From IMG/VR virus record IMGVR_UViG_3300025841_000012, positions 1-36,849 of that record: 36,849 nt of DNA; one strand, given 5' to 3'. The notes beneath the pieces were generated by a model. The model saw only the letters and a program-made list of their open reading frames with translations. It searched no databases and was not told the DNA's origin. Shown here in pieces: positions 8,901-15,248 of this stretch. Numbering within the stretch: position 1 is the stretch's first letter; each line of letters begins with the position of its first letter. Origin of the DNA: a virus (taxonomy: Duplodnaviria > Caudoviricetes). Position numbers and translations under genes: made by a program.

Positions 8901-11759
8901 AGCGGACTTTTTCGCCGCAGCCAGCTTGGTCTTTACGTCGCCAGAAAGGTACTCGTCAGACATGACGGGATCCCCTGTTGTTGGGTCTAGGTAGAGCATA
9001 TCACCCAGCTCTTCGATGATTTCCTTTTGGCTCTTGCCGTAAGCGCGCTCCATGTATTCCAGATCGACTCGGCCTTTTGCGTCCAGCGAGGACAGTAAGG
9101 CATCATTGGCGGAGGTCACATTCATCTGCTCGGCAAACGGAAATAGCACGCGCCGCGTAAGGATGTCAGCTTTCTGGGCGGACGGTGCGCGCTCTTCCAT
9201 GCCATTCCGTAACGCAACCGCCTTCGATACTCCTTTGTCGTAGTCAAACTCGATGGCTTGCAGCAGAGCGTACTCCGTATCATCCATGAAGATGTTTCTA
9301 TTCACTTGGCTATTGACATAGCCGTACTTCTTGAAGAAGTCGTCGTAAGCCTTGCTTAATACCTTGCGGTGACTTTCGATCATCTTCACGCCGTTTTTCT
9401 CGTCGCGCTCCATGCGCATCTGAGTACGCAGTAGGTTTCGCAGCGAGATCATGCCCTTCATGCGCGCCATAGCTGTGTTGTTTTTCGGCTCCCATGCGGT
9501 TGAGGTTTGTGATCCGGCGATGTCCTGGCCGCGCTGTTTCACCTCTCCCTTATCGGTGATGAAGTAGGAACCTTGTTTAACTCCAGCGGGAATGGTGTTG
9601 TCAGTGCTGTCCAGCTCGTTGATTGTGCGCTCGACAGGCTTGTAGATGTTCTCCGGAATGGACGCAACGAACCCGGCAAGCTGTTTGGTAAGATCGCCGG
9701 TCGGCTCTACGGTGTATTCGTTAGCGCGGTACATTGATCCGGCGGTCGTTTCTTTTCCGAGGATGTTTTGTTTGTTGCGCTGGAAGTACACGTTAACGCT
9801 GGCAGTTGTGGATTCGCCACCCTTCGGCGCTGGCACAACAATATCCGACGCATTTATCCACGCAGGGCTCTTTTCGGGAGTTGCTGTTTTCTGTAAAAAC
9901 AGGATGTCGGTGACCACTTCAGTTCCAGCGTTGCCCTTGAAGGCAGTATTTGGCAGGCGGACAGCGGCAATAAGATTGGCGCGCTTGGCAATCCATTCGC
10001 GCGTCTTTGGGTTGATCGCATCCATGAAGTTGTGCGACACGATCACCGGAACAATGCCGCCGTCGCGCACCTTGTCTATCATACGTGCGATGAAGTAGTT
10101 ATGAATGCTGAAGCCGGAATACTCGCTGCGCTCCCTGTCAATAATCGGCTCGCTTCCGAATGGCGGATTGCCCATGGCGATGTCGAAGTAACCGACCGGC
10201 ACTTGATAATGCTGGAAGCCTGTAGCTATAGCAATGTTCGCTTTTGGATAGATCGCCTTCAGTAGTTTACTGGTCAATAAGTCAAGCTCTACACCGTGTA
10301 ATATGGATGCATTGCGGATGTCAGTCGGCATCATGCCGAAGAAATTGCCCGACCCAGCGGAAGGCTCAAGGAATCGCCCACCAATAAAGCCAAGGCGACG
10401 GACGGCGGAGAACATTGAATCAACTACCGGCTTACTGGTGTAGTGTGCGTTCAGTACAGAGGCGCGCGCCGATTCGTATTCCTCGTCGTTTAGCAGCTCG
10501 CGCAGCTCGGCGTATTGTGCCTTCCATTGCTTACTGTTTTTGTCGAACACTGACTTGAGCGCACCAAAACCAACATAGCGCGCCAGCGTTTTGCGTTCAT
10601 CGGGGGTGGCTGGACGCGATTCTGTGTCCAGAAGTTTGAGTATTTTGATGGCCGCGACGTTATCGCGGAATTTCTTGACCAGCCCACCGCTACCGATTTC
10701 ATTGGCATCGGTGATAACGTGATCTGCTAATCCAACGTCGGTGGATACGCTGGTTGATCGAACAACTCCATCAGTTCGTGCCGCGCCAGATGGGTGTAAT
10801 CCTTCTGTGTTTCCAGTATATTGCGTTCCTGATCCACTTGGTACTCGAACGCCACCTGATACTGCTTCGCCGCTATCAGCGCCTTCACCCTGCCCGGCCA
10901 GCCCAGCATCCAGCGATTCGCCAGCTCGATACCGACCTGACTTTGCGCCTGTATCACTTTGCGCAGATTCTCCGGGTACGCTTTCGGTAAGAGTAGGTCT
11001 TGCATTTTCTGTTCCTCCAATGAGTACATCCTGCGCTTTTGCGCCTTGTTTGTCAATTCCGAGATGTTCAACCGACTTGTACTCATCCTTGCGGTCTGCG
11101 GCAAAGTGCGCACCTTGATCGAGAGACTTATTTGTTTCCGGCTTGATCTTTTCCTGTATGGTTGCGATTGCGTCAATATCAGCCGATCCAGTCATCCCGT
11201 CAGTATTCAACCCAGGGTAGTGCCGCACGCTCTCATACAGGCTGCGCAGGTATGGTTTAATGGCATCACCAAGGTCTTCGATCATAGCCTTACTGTAGGC
11301 GGCAAACGAGCGCGCCCCGGCCTCTATATGAGCGCCAGCCAACACCATGCCGTCTTGCAATAATTCAGGGTCAATGCCGCTATTCAGTGATCCGAGTTTC
11401 TTTTTCAGGCGAGCGCGTGCTGCGTCAACTGCGGACTGGGTGAATATCTTGTTGTTGGCAAATTGGGTGTCGGCTTGGTTGTCGAAGCGTGATTGATTTG
11501 CGGTGGTCGGCTTTGCGCTTCCAGATTCTGACGTTTTGGCTGGCGCAGGAAGACCCATTGCTTCGTGAACAAGCTCCAGAATACCGTTCCTCTCTGCAAT
11601 CGCTTCGTCAAGCATGGTTTTAACGGCAAACTTTTCAGCCTGCTCCATGCTTATTTTGCCGATGTTTTGGTTGGCAATTGCGCGGATTTCTTTCATTTCA
11701 GCTTCACTGAATAGCGGCTTGCCTCTGTTTAGCTTGTAAAAACAATTCGATAATCTCAT
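1..11759 (-). CDS. Giant polyvalent virion/ejection protein (>=3,919 aa, 3' end beyond the window): DarB-like MTase + SNF2-type helicase + MPTase-like metallopeptidase + ParB-like + LPD38-like C-terminus
   Basis: ATG at 11759 overlaps the TGA of the upstream gene (ATGA). Hand translation starts MRLSNCFYKLNRGKPLFSEAEMKEI, and motifs at 10158, 8271, 7776, 4491, 3720, 3132 and the window edge (...EDRITLAMKRLNDATK) all fall in the same frame. The ORF track lists no stop-terminated ORF from this start, consistent with no in-window stop. Confidence 0.93.
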   Translation of the reverse strand, partial: MRLSNCFYKLNRGKPLFSEAEMKEIRAIANQNIGKISMEQAEKFAVKTMLDEAIAERNGILELVHEAMGLPAPAKTSESGSAKPTTANQSRFDNQADTQFANNKIFTQSAVDAARARLKKKLGSLNSGIDPELLQDGMVLAGAHIEAGARSFAAYSKAMIEDLGDAIKPYLRSLYESVRHYPGLNTDGMTGSADIDAIATIQEKIKPETNKSLDQGAHFAADRKDEYKSVEHLGIDKQGAKAQDVLIGGTENARPTLTESVPGESAQSDTGAKSGRYRAGESLDAGLAGQGEGADSGEAVSGGVRVPSGSGTQYTGNTEGLHPSGAARTDGVVRSTSVSTDVGLADHVITDANEIGSGGLVKKFRDNVAAIKILKLLDTESRPATPDERKTLARYVGFGALKSVFDKNSKQWKAQYAELRELLNDEEYESARASVLNAHYTSKPVVDSMFSAVRRLGFIGGRFLEPSAGSGNFFGMMPTDIRNASILHGVELDLLTSKLLKAIYPKANIAIATGFQHYQVPVGYFDIAMGNPPFGSEPIIDRERSEYSGFSIHNYFIARMIDKVRDGGIVPVIVSHNFMDAINPKTREWIAKRANLIAAVRLPNTAFKGNAGTEVVTDILFLQKTATPEKSPAWINASDIVVPAPKGGESTTASVNVYFQRNKQNILGKETTAGSMYRANEYTVEPTGDLTKQLAGFVASIPENIYKPVERTINELDSTDNTIPAGVKQGSYFITDKGEVKQRGQDIAGSQTSTAWEPKNNTAMARMKGMISLRNLLRTQMRMERDEKNGVKMIESHRKVLSKAYDDFFKKYGYVNSQVNRNIFMDDTEYALLQAIEFDYDKGVSKAVALRNGMEERAPSAQKADILTRRVLFPFAEQMNVTSANDALLSSLDAKGRVDLEYMERAYGKSQKEIIEELGDMLYLDPTTGDPVMSDEYLSGDVKTKLAAAKKSADENHAYSRNVIALEKVIPSDKLPSEIYASLGAGWIPADIFKQFATEITGSSKIDLTYLAATAQWLGHINDSGDVGKMSNDYGTKDLTSFDLLKLMMNGKAPEVKMKTVRDGKEVFVTDTEATEAAREKVNKIKQAWESWVWNDGVRAEKLAELFNEKHNRTVNRKYNGDHLVLHGSNPAIVLRKHQKSAVWRGIQDRNLLLDHAVGAGKTFVGTAIIMEYKRLGIARKPILVVPNHLTTQWRSEFARMYPAANVLAANPEDFSKANRQRMFSKIALGEYDAVIIGHSSLTKIGLDPTIEKDIYKEQIDEITNAIEAIKSERGDRGIVRDMEKIRANLEAKVEKLALLAGERDKVVTFDELGIDGLFVDEMHEFKNLFFSTQMQRVSGLGNPKGSGKAFDLFAKVRWLTKTYGEKVPFITATGTPVSNSLSEMFTMQRYMKYDEMKRDGLHLFDSWARMYGDVESLYEVAPSGVGYRISQRFSKFKNLPSLMAHYHTFADTVTLQDLKDQAKEAGKVFPVPKIASGKPENIVAQRSTAQRDFFGAPTVRRDESGKVLFAMDATKAKIEQSNDAKWILSDGHTSNSYDTKEDAELALVEKSLTPVLYLDPDSLLGQFSNLAQLTRETKGKINALSLTSLASKAGLDMRIINPNAEDFAGSKINKAVDKMMDVYQKWSKDKGTQLVFCDTSIPLSARSALGNKDRRLFVLDDQGMLTHKNGTLHTIKGFEGFPFYLVRTIDRGSPSISIYDPVTGLRIKGDMANKGEAKDWLADLLSKDANRDKWYEARESKEPITAERMAEYRAENDLELAEDGSNEVGMEDIEGVSGDSQFSVYDDIKGKLVARGVPENQIAFIHDYDTPAKKQSLFKSVNRGDVRFLFGSTPKLGAGTNVQERLVGLHHIDAPWRPSDLEQREGRIIRQGNMLYARDPDGFEVFIGRYATEQTYDTRRWQLLEHKASGIEQLRKYSGQIEIEDVAGEAANSADMKAAASGNPLILEETKMHTEVKRLTALQKAYSDGKYAMQRKLSHERNRVSEWLPARIQAIETQMAAARAIPVTIEKGKVVPVVIDGKTITDKEKAETKIAEAVTMVRTGFTKSKDIYYRGVKFTLKAMWAAGLVEIESSIGTVASYGAKDVISPSGMLTRFANYIDSLAQRKERVQLDLELAKKDIASIEARIDKPFDGIAALAAAQQNHGLVQRRLMKSTQIDAVPVEERAAFTAEIAERKKVLEELGYGTALKEMNSDDAPLASVANKAQSDSYEVQPNTTRNLPIDAATLVELRRAAAGIESAERGITFTINANGKAIVTGPARVNVPARFQRFANEHGLTLVVQRADSKGGFVNSNTPMPIAYREAGALYFGEIGASHIDRTGMTRFSKTEQANLTPQTVDSIKQATAKLRASWHGFKRVIIVQSVKEIPNELYLRALRVGKPIGQHSEGIYDPKTYTVYLVADNIASPERSVWVAVHEVVGHGGIRMLGSPVVGALSYAAKNGFVTKLAKAIAMDRGETFNAMTHTDEAIAELAAATITGNVDAILERYGVKVPIVMRSNLLSMIGRVVDAVRQFISRVTGRPVTEVSDGGVLRLIRRMKDAVEGNKAHGYDTPAVSQVALASTNVKPTLKSDILSDYWLNEKRAITTDAGRNEYGAYKRFGAVTGRFTAPVSVPLKALQSLPGLRGEQGKVRQGDLDWLLRRMGETGSLPTLENGKPEVPYIEVDQDGKAWISEGNHRIMAAARLGWETLPVEIRYFNGGERINGALNPIKIIEGYDAAGVSQGALASRKRTGKTEFFKWTKKTVPLDTVFGEINKHKHEMLNGFMVVDNYYMTVGVLPDGRYQLTYLPPWGGNRNSFFAISSDLTDLITSSLSHLERSDNAIARAKNSAYKNSLIGKLEERFGDVFSFAHSTQSKSEYIIHNPSGTKIRISDHNLPLHYEQADIDLRTTQSTEDKFSEIEAYLDDREEIAAPAQSSIPGTAKPHDQPPLQNNLGLEGGQPHSRATWDSIKPSMFDNLDYKLHDKHVDMKRVIEAIKSTGIKVTENVNAYLREELFHGRASKRTQDFILTELNPMLEQMQKDGLSSDSLDEYLHARHAPEANALAQSRNPTKVELDALIAKYSAQRDSLFNNADVTKYLDVRARLLRAKSDVLVGEADDSLVSILEGRLAKLKKSSTDINEYLNAVYQVRELGYVTPFVGDNTALSGMSNRQAAEYMKALPIAQKNKLNTAAQKVDAIIAKTRDLYVDYSLVPKDQVDSWAEMFRYYVPLMREDHDGYMGIGQGFSIKGKEVKHRTGSTAKVIDILANVAMQREKAIVRGEKNRVAAALVGLAEQNPNEEFWSVGDIPKERVLNERTGLIEERIDPTFKNHENVVVAKVVDSQGNVVERAIIFNKHNDRAIRMAVAIKNLDAIHLGELLSASAKITRYFASINTQYNPVFGLTNFVRDTQGLLLNLSSTPIANKRVDVLKNIPSALIGIYTDMRAERKGHAATSKWAVLWEELQNEGGMTSYRDLYANSEDRANAIKHALDPHAWQDSQLGKIFTAGGMLKVPMSIAQNKAAWLFNWLSDYNQTAEGATRLAAYKVARDNGMSKSEAASLAKNITVNFNRKGEIGQQAGSLYAFFNAAAQGTARIGETLFKMEGGDIKTLRLSGAGKNIIIGGITLGVMQALMLAAAGFDDDQPPQFIRERSLILPIGDGKYLTLPMPLGFHAIPNIGRILTEFTLSGFDRPGDRLTQLFAVFADAFNPIGSSGISMQTLAPTALDPFAALAENKDWTGKTIYKPDFNSLDPTPGFTRNKNTASLWSKFLAEAINTVSGGDDYKVGVFSPTADSIDYLTSQATGGVGREISKAFQGAESVVTGEHLPSYKIPLVGRFYGNAEDQSSQGGRYYANIMRINEAENGLKGRMQDHLPVDEFMADNPEYKLIGRAKFTETIIKNLRKQKKILIENNATREQIAVIEDRITLAMKRLNDATK
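3573..3611. repeat. 39-bp direct repeat, copy 1 (encodes GYDAAGVSQGALA)
   Basis: tgccagcgccccttgtgacacgccagccgcgtcatatcc; 34/39 identical to 4071-4109. Confidence 0.9.
3612..4070 (-). other. ParB/Srx-like domain within the giant protein
   Basis: PYIEVDQDGKAWISEGNHRIMAAARLGWETLPVEI (EGNHR at 3720-3734) matches the ParB-N GxxR signature. Confidence 0.7.
4071..4109. repeat. 39-bp direct repeat, copy 2 (encodes GYDTPAVSQVALA)
   Basis: tgccagcgccacttgtgacacggcgggcgtgtcatatcc; offset from copy 1 by 498 bp (166 codons, in frame). Confidence 0.9.
4130..4760 (-). other. Zincin-like metallopeptidase (MPTase-type) domain within the giant protein
   Basis: SEGIYDPKTYTVYLVADNI...VAVHEVVGHGGIR (HEVVGH at 4491-4508), followed by EAIAELAA (candidate third Zn ligand). 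Confidence 0.8.
4922..5125 (-). CDS. Possible nested +1-frame, leaderless 67-aa ORF (MKYNPTPLATCLL...)
   Basis: ATG at 5125 lies 7 nt downstream of a candidate -10 box. There is no SD and the protein has no recognisable motif. Confidence 0.25.
   Translation of the reverse strand: MKYNPTPLATCLLTQPRSLNYVVLRLVSNRQSEALPSLSTQTAKPSSPAPLASMFLLDSKDSPMNTD
5133..5164 (-). promoter_or_regulatory. Candidate internal promoter TTGCAA-N17-CAGAGT, with a perfect 12-bp palindrome CGCTTGCAAGCG (5153-5164) over the -35
   Basis: Same GCTTG-N17-GCGYAG architecture as the intergenic sites at 22373-22404 and 34140-34171. Confidence 0.4.
5850..8450 (-). other. SNF2/SF2 helicase domain (DarB-like) within the giant protein
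   Basis: Walker A DHAVGAGKT (8271-8297), Walker B VDEMHEFKN (7776-7802), motif III ATGTPVSNS, KGTQLVFCD, GAGTNVQ, and motif VI PWRPSDLEQREGRIIRQGN. Confidence 0.92.
9890..10720 (-). other. N6-adenine DNA methyltransferase domain (DarB-like) within the giant protein
   Basis: LARYVGFG, NAHYTS, SAM-binding motif LEPSAGSGNF (10341-10370), catalytic MGNPPF (10158-10175), AVRLPNTAFKGNAGTEVVTDILFLQK. Confidence 0.92.
10727..11005 (-). CDS. 92-aa protein fully nested in the +1 frame of the giant gene (MQDLLLPKAYPENLRKVIQAQSQVGIELANRWMLGWPGRVKALIAAKQY...HLARHELMELFDQPAYPPTLD)
   Basis: GGAGG RBS at 11014-11018, 8 nt before ATG 11005. The sequence is globular-looking, whereas the host frame here is a G/S/A/T-rich linker. 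The ANRWMLGWP...HLARHE pattern resembles a family of stand-alone proteobacterial hypothetical proteins (from memory, unverified). The ORF track extends it to 11176. Confidence 0.75.
   Translation of the reverse strand: MQDLLLPKAYPENLRKVIQAQSQVGIELANRWMLGWPGRVKALIAAKQYQVAFEYQVDQERNILETQKDYTHLARHELMELFDQPAYPPTLD
11028..11056 (-). promoter_or_regulatory. Candidate internal sigma70-type promoter for the nested gene: TTGACA-N17-CAGGAT
   Basis: Perfect -35 TTGACA (11056-11051), 17-nt spacer ending in GCG, -10 CAGGAT (11033-11028), then the RBS and ATG within about 25 nt. Confidence 0.55.
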
Positions 11760-12019
11760 AACAATTCCCGTATCACGATATTCATCACTAGGTGCAGCAC
11801 GATTTCATCCTCTGCGTGCTGCGCAGAAATCATTGCCAGTTTTTGCTGATCTACTTTTACGCTTTTTTCGATTGAGCGCGGTTGCTGATATTTCTGAGTC
11901 CGTTCGCTGTAGCTGCCAACACTCCCTGCCGGATGCTCAATTTGCTGTGTAGCTACACCGCCTAGCAGCGCCCCGGCAAATAATGCGCCTGCGAATAGTT
12001 TTCCGCGCATCAGGCTCAT
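11756..12019 (-). CDS. Small hypothetical protein closing the fibre-like module (87 aa)
   Basis: ATGA overlaps at both ends. N-terminal LFAGALFAGALLG repeat and acidic-hydrophobic C-terminus EDEIVLHLVMNIV. Confidence 0.8.
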   Translation of the reverse strand: MSLMRGKLFAGALFAGALLGGVATQQIEHPAGSVGSYSERTQKYQQPRSIEKSVKVDQQKLAMISAQHAEDEIVLHLVMNIVIRELL

Positions 12020-12633
12020 GGTGTCACCGTTGGGGTGCCGTTGCCGTTAGCGTCCGGCGTGAGCGTAATCACTGGCGTTACATCATCCTGCGCGTAGTAC
12101 GTTTCGGTTGCAGTTCCAATCCCTGCCCGTTTTCCTGCGAGAGCAGCTAGAGTTACTTTCATAATCTGCTCGGCGGTCAGCCCATCTAGCACCTTCGCCC
12201 AAGTCTCATTCGCTATGTCAATTTTGTCCTGAGCAGTCACACCAGACCCTACCGCCACAACCTGCAATCCAGCGGAATTTGCCGGGATAACTGATACGCC
12301 GTTAGGGTTCAGCACGTCTAACAGGTTGTTGTTCGAGCCTCCGACTAATTTAACCTGATAGCTCCCGTTCTCAAATGTTAGCGTAAATGGCGCAAGGAAA
12401 GAGATAGCACGGGCGTAAACCGTTCCTGAGATGGTTACTTGCGTTGCGTGCGTGAATGCAGGCGGAAGGGACATTCCAGCTTCACTATCCAGATAGTCCG
12501 CTAGTTCTCGCATTAAGGCATACTCATTATAACTTCTTATTTCGTACCCGGTAGACGCATTCGTCCCAACAAAGGTCGTGTCCGCCTTCGGGATTGAGAT
12601 AACGTGAGTCGCGTGGTTGATGGTGATGCTCAT
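12016..12633 (-). CDS. Putative virion fibre-associated protein (205 aa)
   Basis: Tight operon spacing. C-terminal LTAEQIMKVTLAALAGK...DANGNG motif is of a type seen in phage fibre-like proteins. Confidence 0.8.
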   Translation of the reverse strand: MSITINHATHVISIPKADTTFVGTNASTGYEIRSYNEYALMRELADYLDSEAGMSLPPAFTHATQVTISGTVYARAISFLAPFTLTFENGSYQVKLVGGSNNNLLDVLNPNGVSVIPANSAGLQVVAVGSGVTAQDKIDIANETWAKVLDGLTAEQIMKVTLAALAGKRAGIGTATETYYAQDDVTPVITLTPDANGNGTPTVTP

Positions 12634-12635
12634 GA

Positions 12636-15245
12636 TTATTCGTCCGCAATCAACAACACGGTGGCAGAAAAGCCGGAGCTGGTCGTCGTACCCGAGATCG
12701 ACCCCGGCTTGTAAAGTGTGCCGCTGGCTACCGTTGCCCGGCGCACCGTGCCGGTGATGGCATGGCTGGCGTACTGCGTCGTGCCGGTCAGGATGCCAGA
12801 TGCGTTGGTTACTCCCTCCAACACCATGTAGCCACCCACGTCCGTTGTGATCCGCACGCGGGCGTTCTGCATGGCAGCGAGCGTGCTGGAATCCTTGACG
12901 GTGACGGCTACTGTTACCGTGTCCAGCGGGTACAGATTCGCCGTCTGCGCCGCGAGCGTTGATGTAGTCGAGATGCAGATATACACCAGCACATTATTAG
13001 TTGCAGCCACCGCGCATACGATACGATATTTCAGCTTAAAACCAACGGCAGGGTCTATGCTGGCGCTAAAGCTGTTCAGGTTCGCTCCGGTCAAGTTGAC
13101 CCATGTTCCATTCCATCCGCTGCCGGTATCTATCTGGAAATAGATGTCGTGGTTCCCCCACCGCGCGCCGGAAGAATAGGTGACATTCGTGCCGGTTACA
13201 ACAGGAGATGTAATAGGCAACCCGGTACAGCCTTTGACAAAGTAATCCTGCTCGATTATCGCCTCATCGTTTAGTGTCGCCATTGAGATACTACCGGCGC
13301 TGGTGAACTTCGGCGTTCCAGCCACGACGGTGTAATACCCTGTAGTTTCTACGGTGGGTTCGTTTAAGCTCAAAACAACCATACCGTCAGTATCGCTGGC
13401 GAACGCATCTCTAAAATGCGTCCCATACACAGAAGCCTGCCCTGTTGTAGTATTTGTTCCGCCGCAATTCTTTGCGCTGGAGTTTAGGCTGGCAATAACC
13501 ATTGTGTCGGTCATGTCGCCATAAACATGCTCGTAAATCATACCTTTGTCAGAGTTGGTGGTTGACAACGCGAACGTTCTGGTGGGCATCATATATATCC
13601 GCTGAAGCCTGACGTTCAGATTGCCGCCGGAACTGGCAAAGATATAGTTTGGGTTGTTAGCGCTGCCGCCGTTGAGGAAAGCAGTTCTGCTGCCGCACTC
13701 GCGTAATTTGATATTGGTTGATTGGCCTACGTAAAAAATGCCCCCATACGGATGCACATTGGCAATAGCGCCTTTTAGCCCGAACGTGACATTGCGAATA
13801 ACAATATCGTCTGATGACGACAATATATACGCAACATAAAGGGCCGTCGTCGTGTTTGTCTCCCCAACAAACCTGTCGCAACTGTCGATTCCATCCACGA
13901 CGCAATGAAAGCTGGTTATGAATTTTATATTTCCATTGAACATATAACAGTCATTGAATGTTATGCTGCTTGACTGTGTGATCTGGAATGCCATGCCGGA
14001 GCCGCGCACATAGGTAATGACACCTGACTTGACGCGGGTGAACGTCTGACCGGAAGAGAATAACGTATAGGAAACGTGGGTTGCCGGTGAGTAATGATAG
14101 CACACCCAATCAGTGATATTCCCCCCTGCAAAACACGACGTTAATTGCAGAGTTACTGCATTTATTGACTGGCTGATTCCGTTACCTCCGTTGCTGATAT
14201 TCACTGGTGATGCACACTCCGTAATACTGACGTAGTCGAAGGTACATGAGTTTGCAATATCCACAGAGTACGGTTGAAAGAAATAAAAGTACCAGTCAGA
14301 CATGAAGTTCTGAATGTCAATAGCGCCCGCTGATGTGGTGACAAAGTCTGGCCGTGTTGTTGCAGTGGCGCTCGGAATGACGTTGGTTGTTTTATCCGCC
14401 GCAGTGCATTGCCGTCCGATTACGTTTGGAATCCGAACCTTCAGATTAGCCGCAGGAACTTCGCCAACAGCGGTTGTTCCGTTATGGCCGAATCTGACAT
14501 TCCCGTTTGTTTCCATACAGACGAACTTGCTGCGGTCATCGGTTCCGAGATTGGTCGTAGTCATTCCGGCGGCGAATAACGACGGCCAGAATTCATAGAC
14601 TCCAGACCCTACGGCAGTCTCTACGTACACTCCCGGGACATAGGCCGTCGCGCTTCCGTTGGTCGGAACTTGCATCAACTGATTTGCCACACCGGAGGTA
14701 GTGCCAATCTCGAACCAATCGCCGCGAACAGTAAAGTCTCCGAGCCGTGGTACGGTAATTGATATTGCTTGCGTATGAACAACCTCAATCCAGCCAACTA
14801 CATCAACTCCGTTGGTTGTTGCACCTATTCCAGTCAGTACATCATTATCCACAAACGCAACGTCTGCTTCGCGTAGCTTCAAAAATCCTGTTGCGGGCAT
14901 TGCCGCGCCAACCGCCGTAGGTGCGGATGTGAGGCTTGCCCACACGCCCAACAGGTATCCGTTCGCGCCGCTTGTGCCGCCGGTTACTATAGTGCCCACA
15001 GCGGGGACAATGCCAATTCCCGCGTCATAAGCAACCCATCGAACATTGCGTCCGTCCAGAATATAGCTTCCGCCAAAAGTCGAGCTGATAGTGTGCGCGC
15101 CAAGGCTTCCTGTCATCCCGGCGGGGCTGTTGGCGTGCCATCTCGTATCGGTGCGAACAGTGAGCGACCCGCCGTTATTGGTCATCGCCTCCCCTGCCGT
15201 GCGGGGCGCGTCGTCCAGGAAAACGGCGCTAGTGATTATTGCCAC
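12636..15245 (-). CDS. Putative receptor-binding/tailspike-like protein (869 aa) with a beta-helix-like core and Ig-like C-terminus
   Basis: GTG start after AAGGGA. Central repeats of the type SSSITFNDC / SSDDIVIRNV / STNIKLREC. C-terminal VTVAVTVKDSSTLAAMQNARVRI...EGVTNASG. Confidence 0.8.
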   Translation of the reverse strand: MAIITSAVFLDDAPRTAGEAMTNNGGSLTVRTDTRWHANSPAGMTGSLGAHTISSTFGGSYILDGRNVRWVAYDAGIGIVPAVGTIVTGGTSGANGYLLGVWASLTSAPTAVGAAMPATGFLKLREADVAFVDNDVLTGIGATTNGVDVVGWIEVVHTQAISITVPRLGDFTVRGDWFEIGTTSGVANQLMQVPTNGSATAYVPGVYVETAVGSGVYEFWPSLFAAGMTTTNLGTDDRSKFVCMETNGNVRFGHNGTTAVGEVPAANLKVRIPNVIGRQCTAADKTTNVIPSATATTRPDFVTTSAGAIDIQNFMSDWYFYFFQPYSVDIANSCTFDYVSITECASPVNISNGGNGISQSINAVTLQLTSCFAGGNITDWVCYHYSPATHVSYTLFSSGQTFTRVKSGVITYVRGSGMAFQITQSSSITFNDCYMFNGNIKFITSFHCVVDGIDSCDRFVGETNTTTALYVAYILSSSDDIVIRNVTFGLKGAIANVHPYGGIFYVGQSTNIKLRECGSRTAFLNGGSANNPNYIFASSGGNLNVRLQRIYMMPTRTFALSTTNSDKGMIYEHVYGDMTDTMVIASLNSSAKNCGGTNTTTGQASVYGTHFRDAFASDTDGMVVLSLNEPTVETTGYYTVVAGTPKFTSAGSISMATLNDEAIIEQDYFVKGCTGLPITSPVVTGTNVTYSSGARWGNHDIYFQIDTGSGWNGTWVNLTGANLNSFSASIDPAVGFKLKYRIVCAVAATNNVLVYICISTTSTLAAQTANLYPLDTVTVAVTVKDSSTLAAMQNARVRITTDVGGYMVLEGVTNASGILTGTTQYASHAITGTVRRATVASGTLYKPGSISGTTTSSGFSATVLLIADE

Positions 15246-15248
15246 GGC

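Noticed and set aside
11006-11176. N-terminal 57-aa extension of the nested ORF given in the track
   Set aside because: TTG start without an RBS; the extension spans the promoter and GGAGG, and ATG 11005 is far better supported.
282-11363. Numerous plus-strand ORFs (up to 236 aa) opposite the giant gene
   Set aside because: Antisense shadows of a coding strand with strong codon bias; no recognisable motifs or operon logic.
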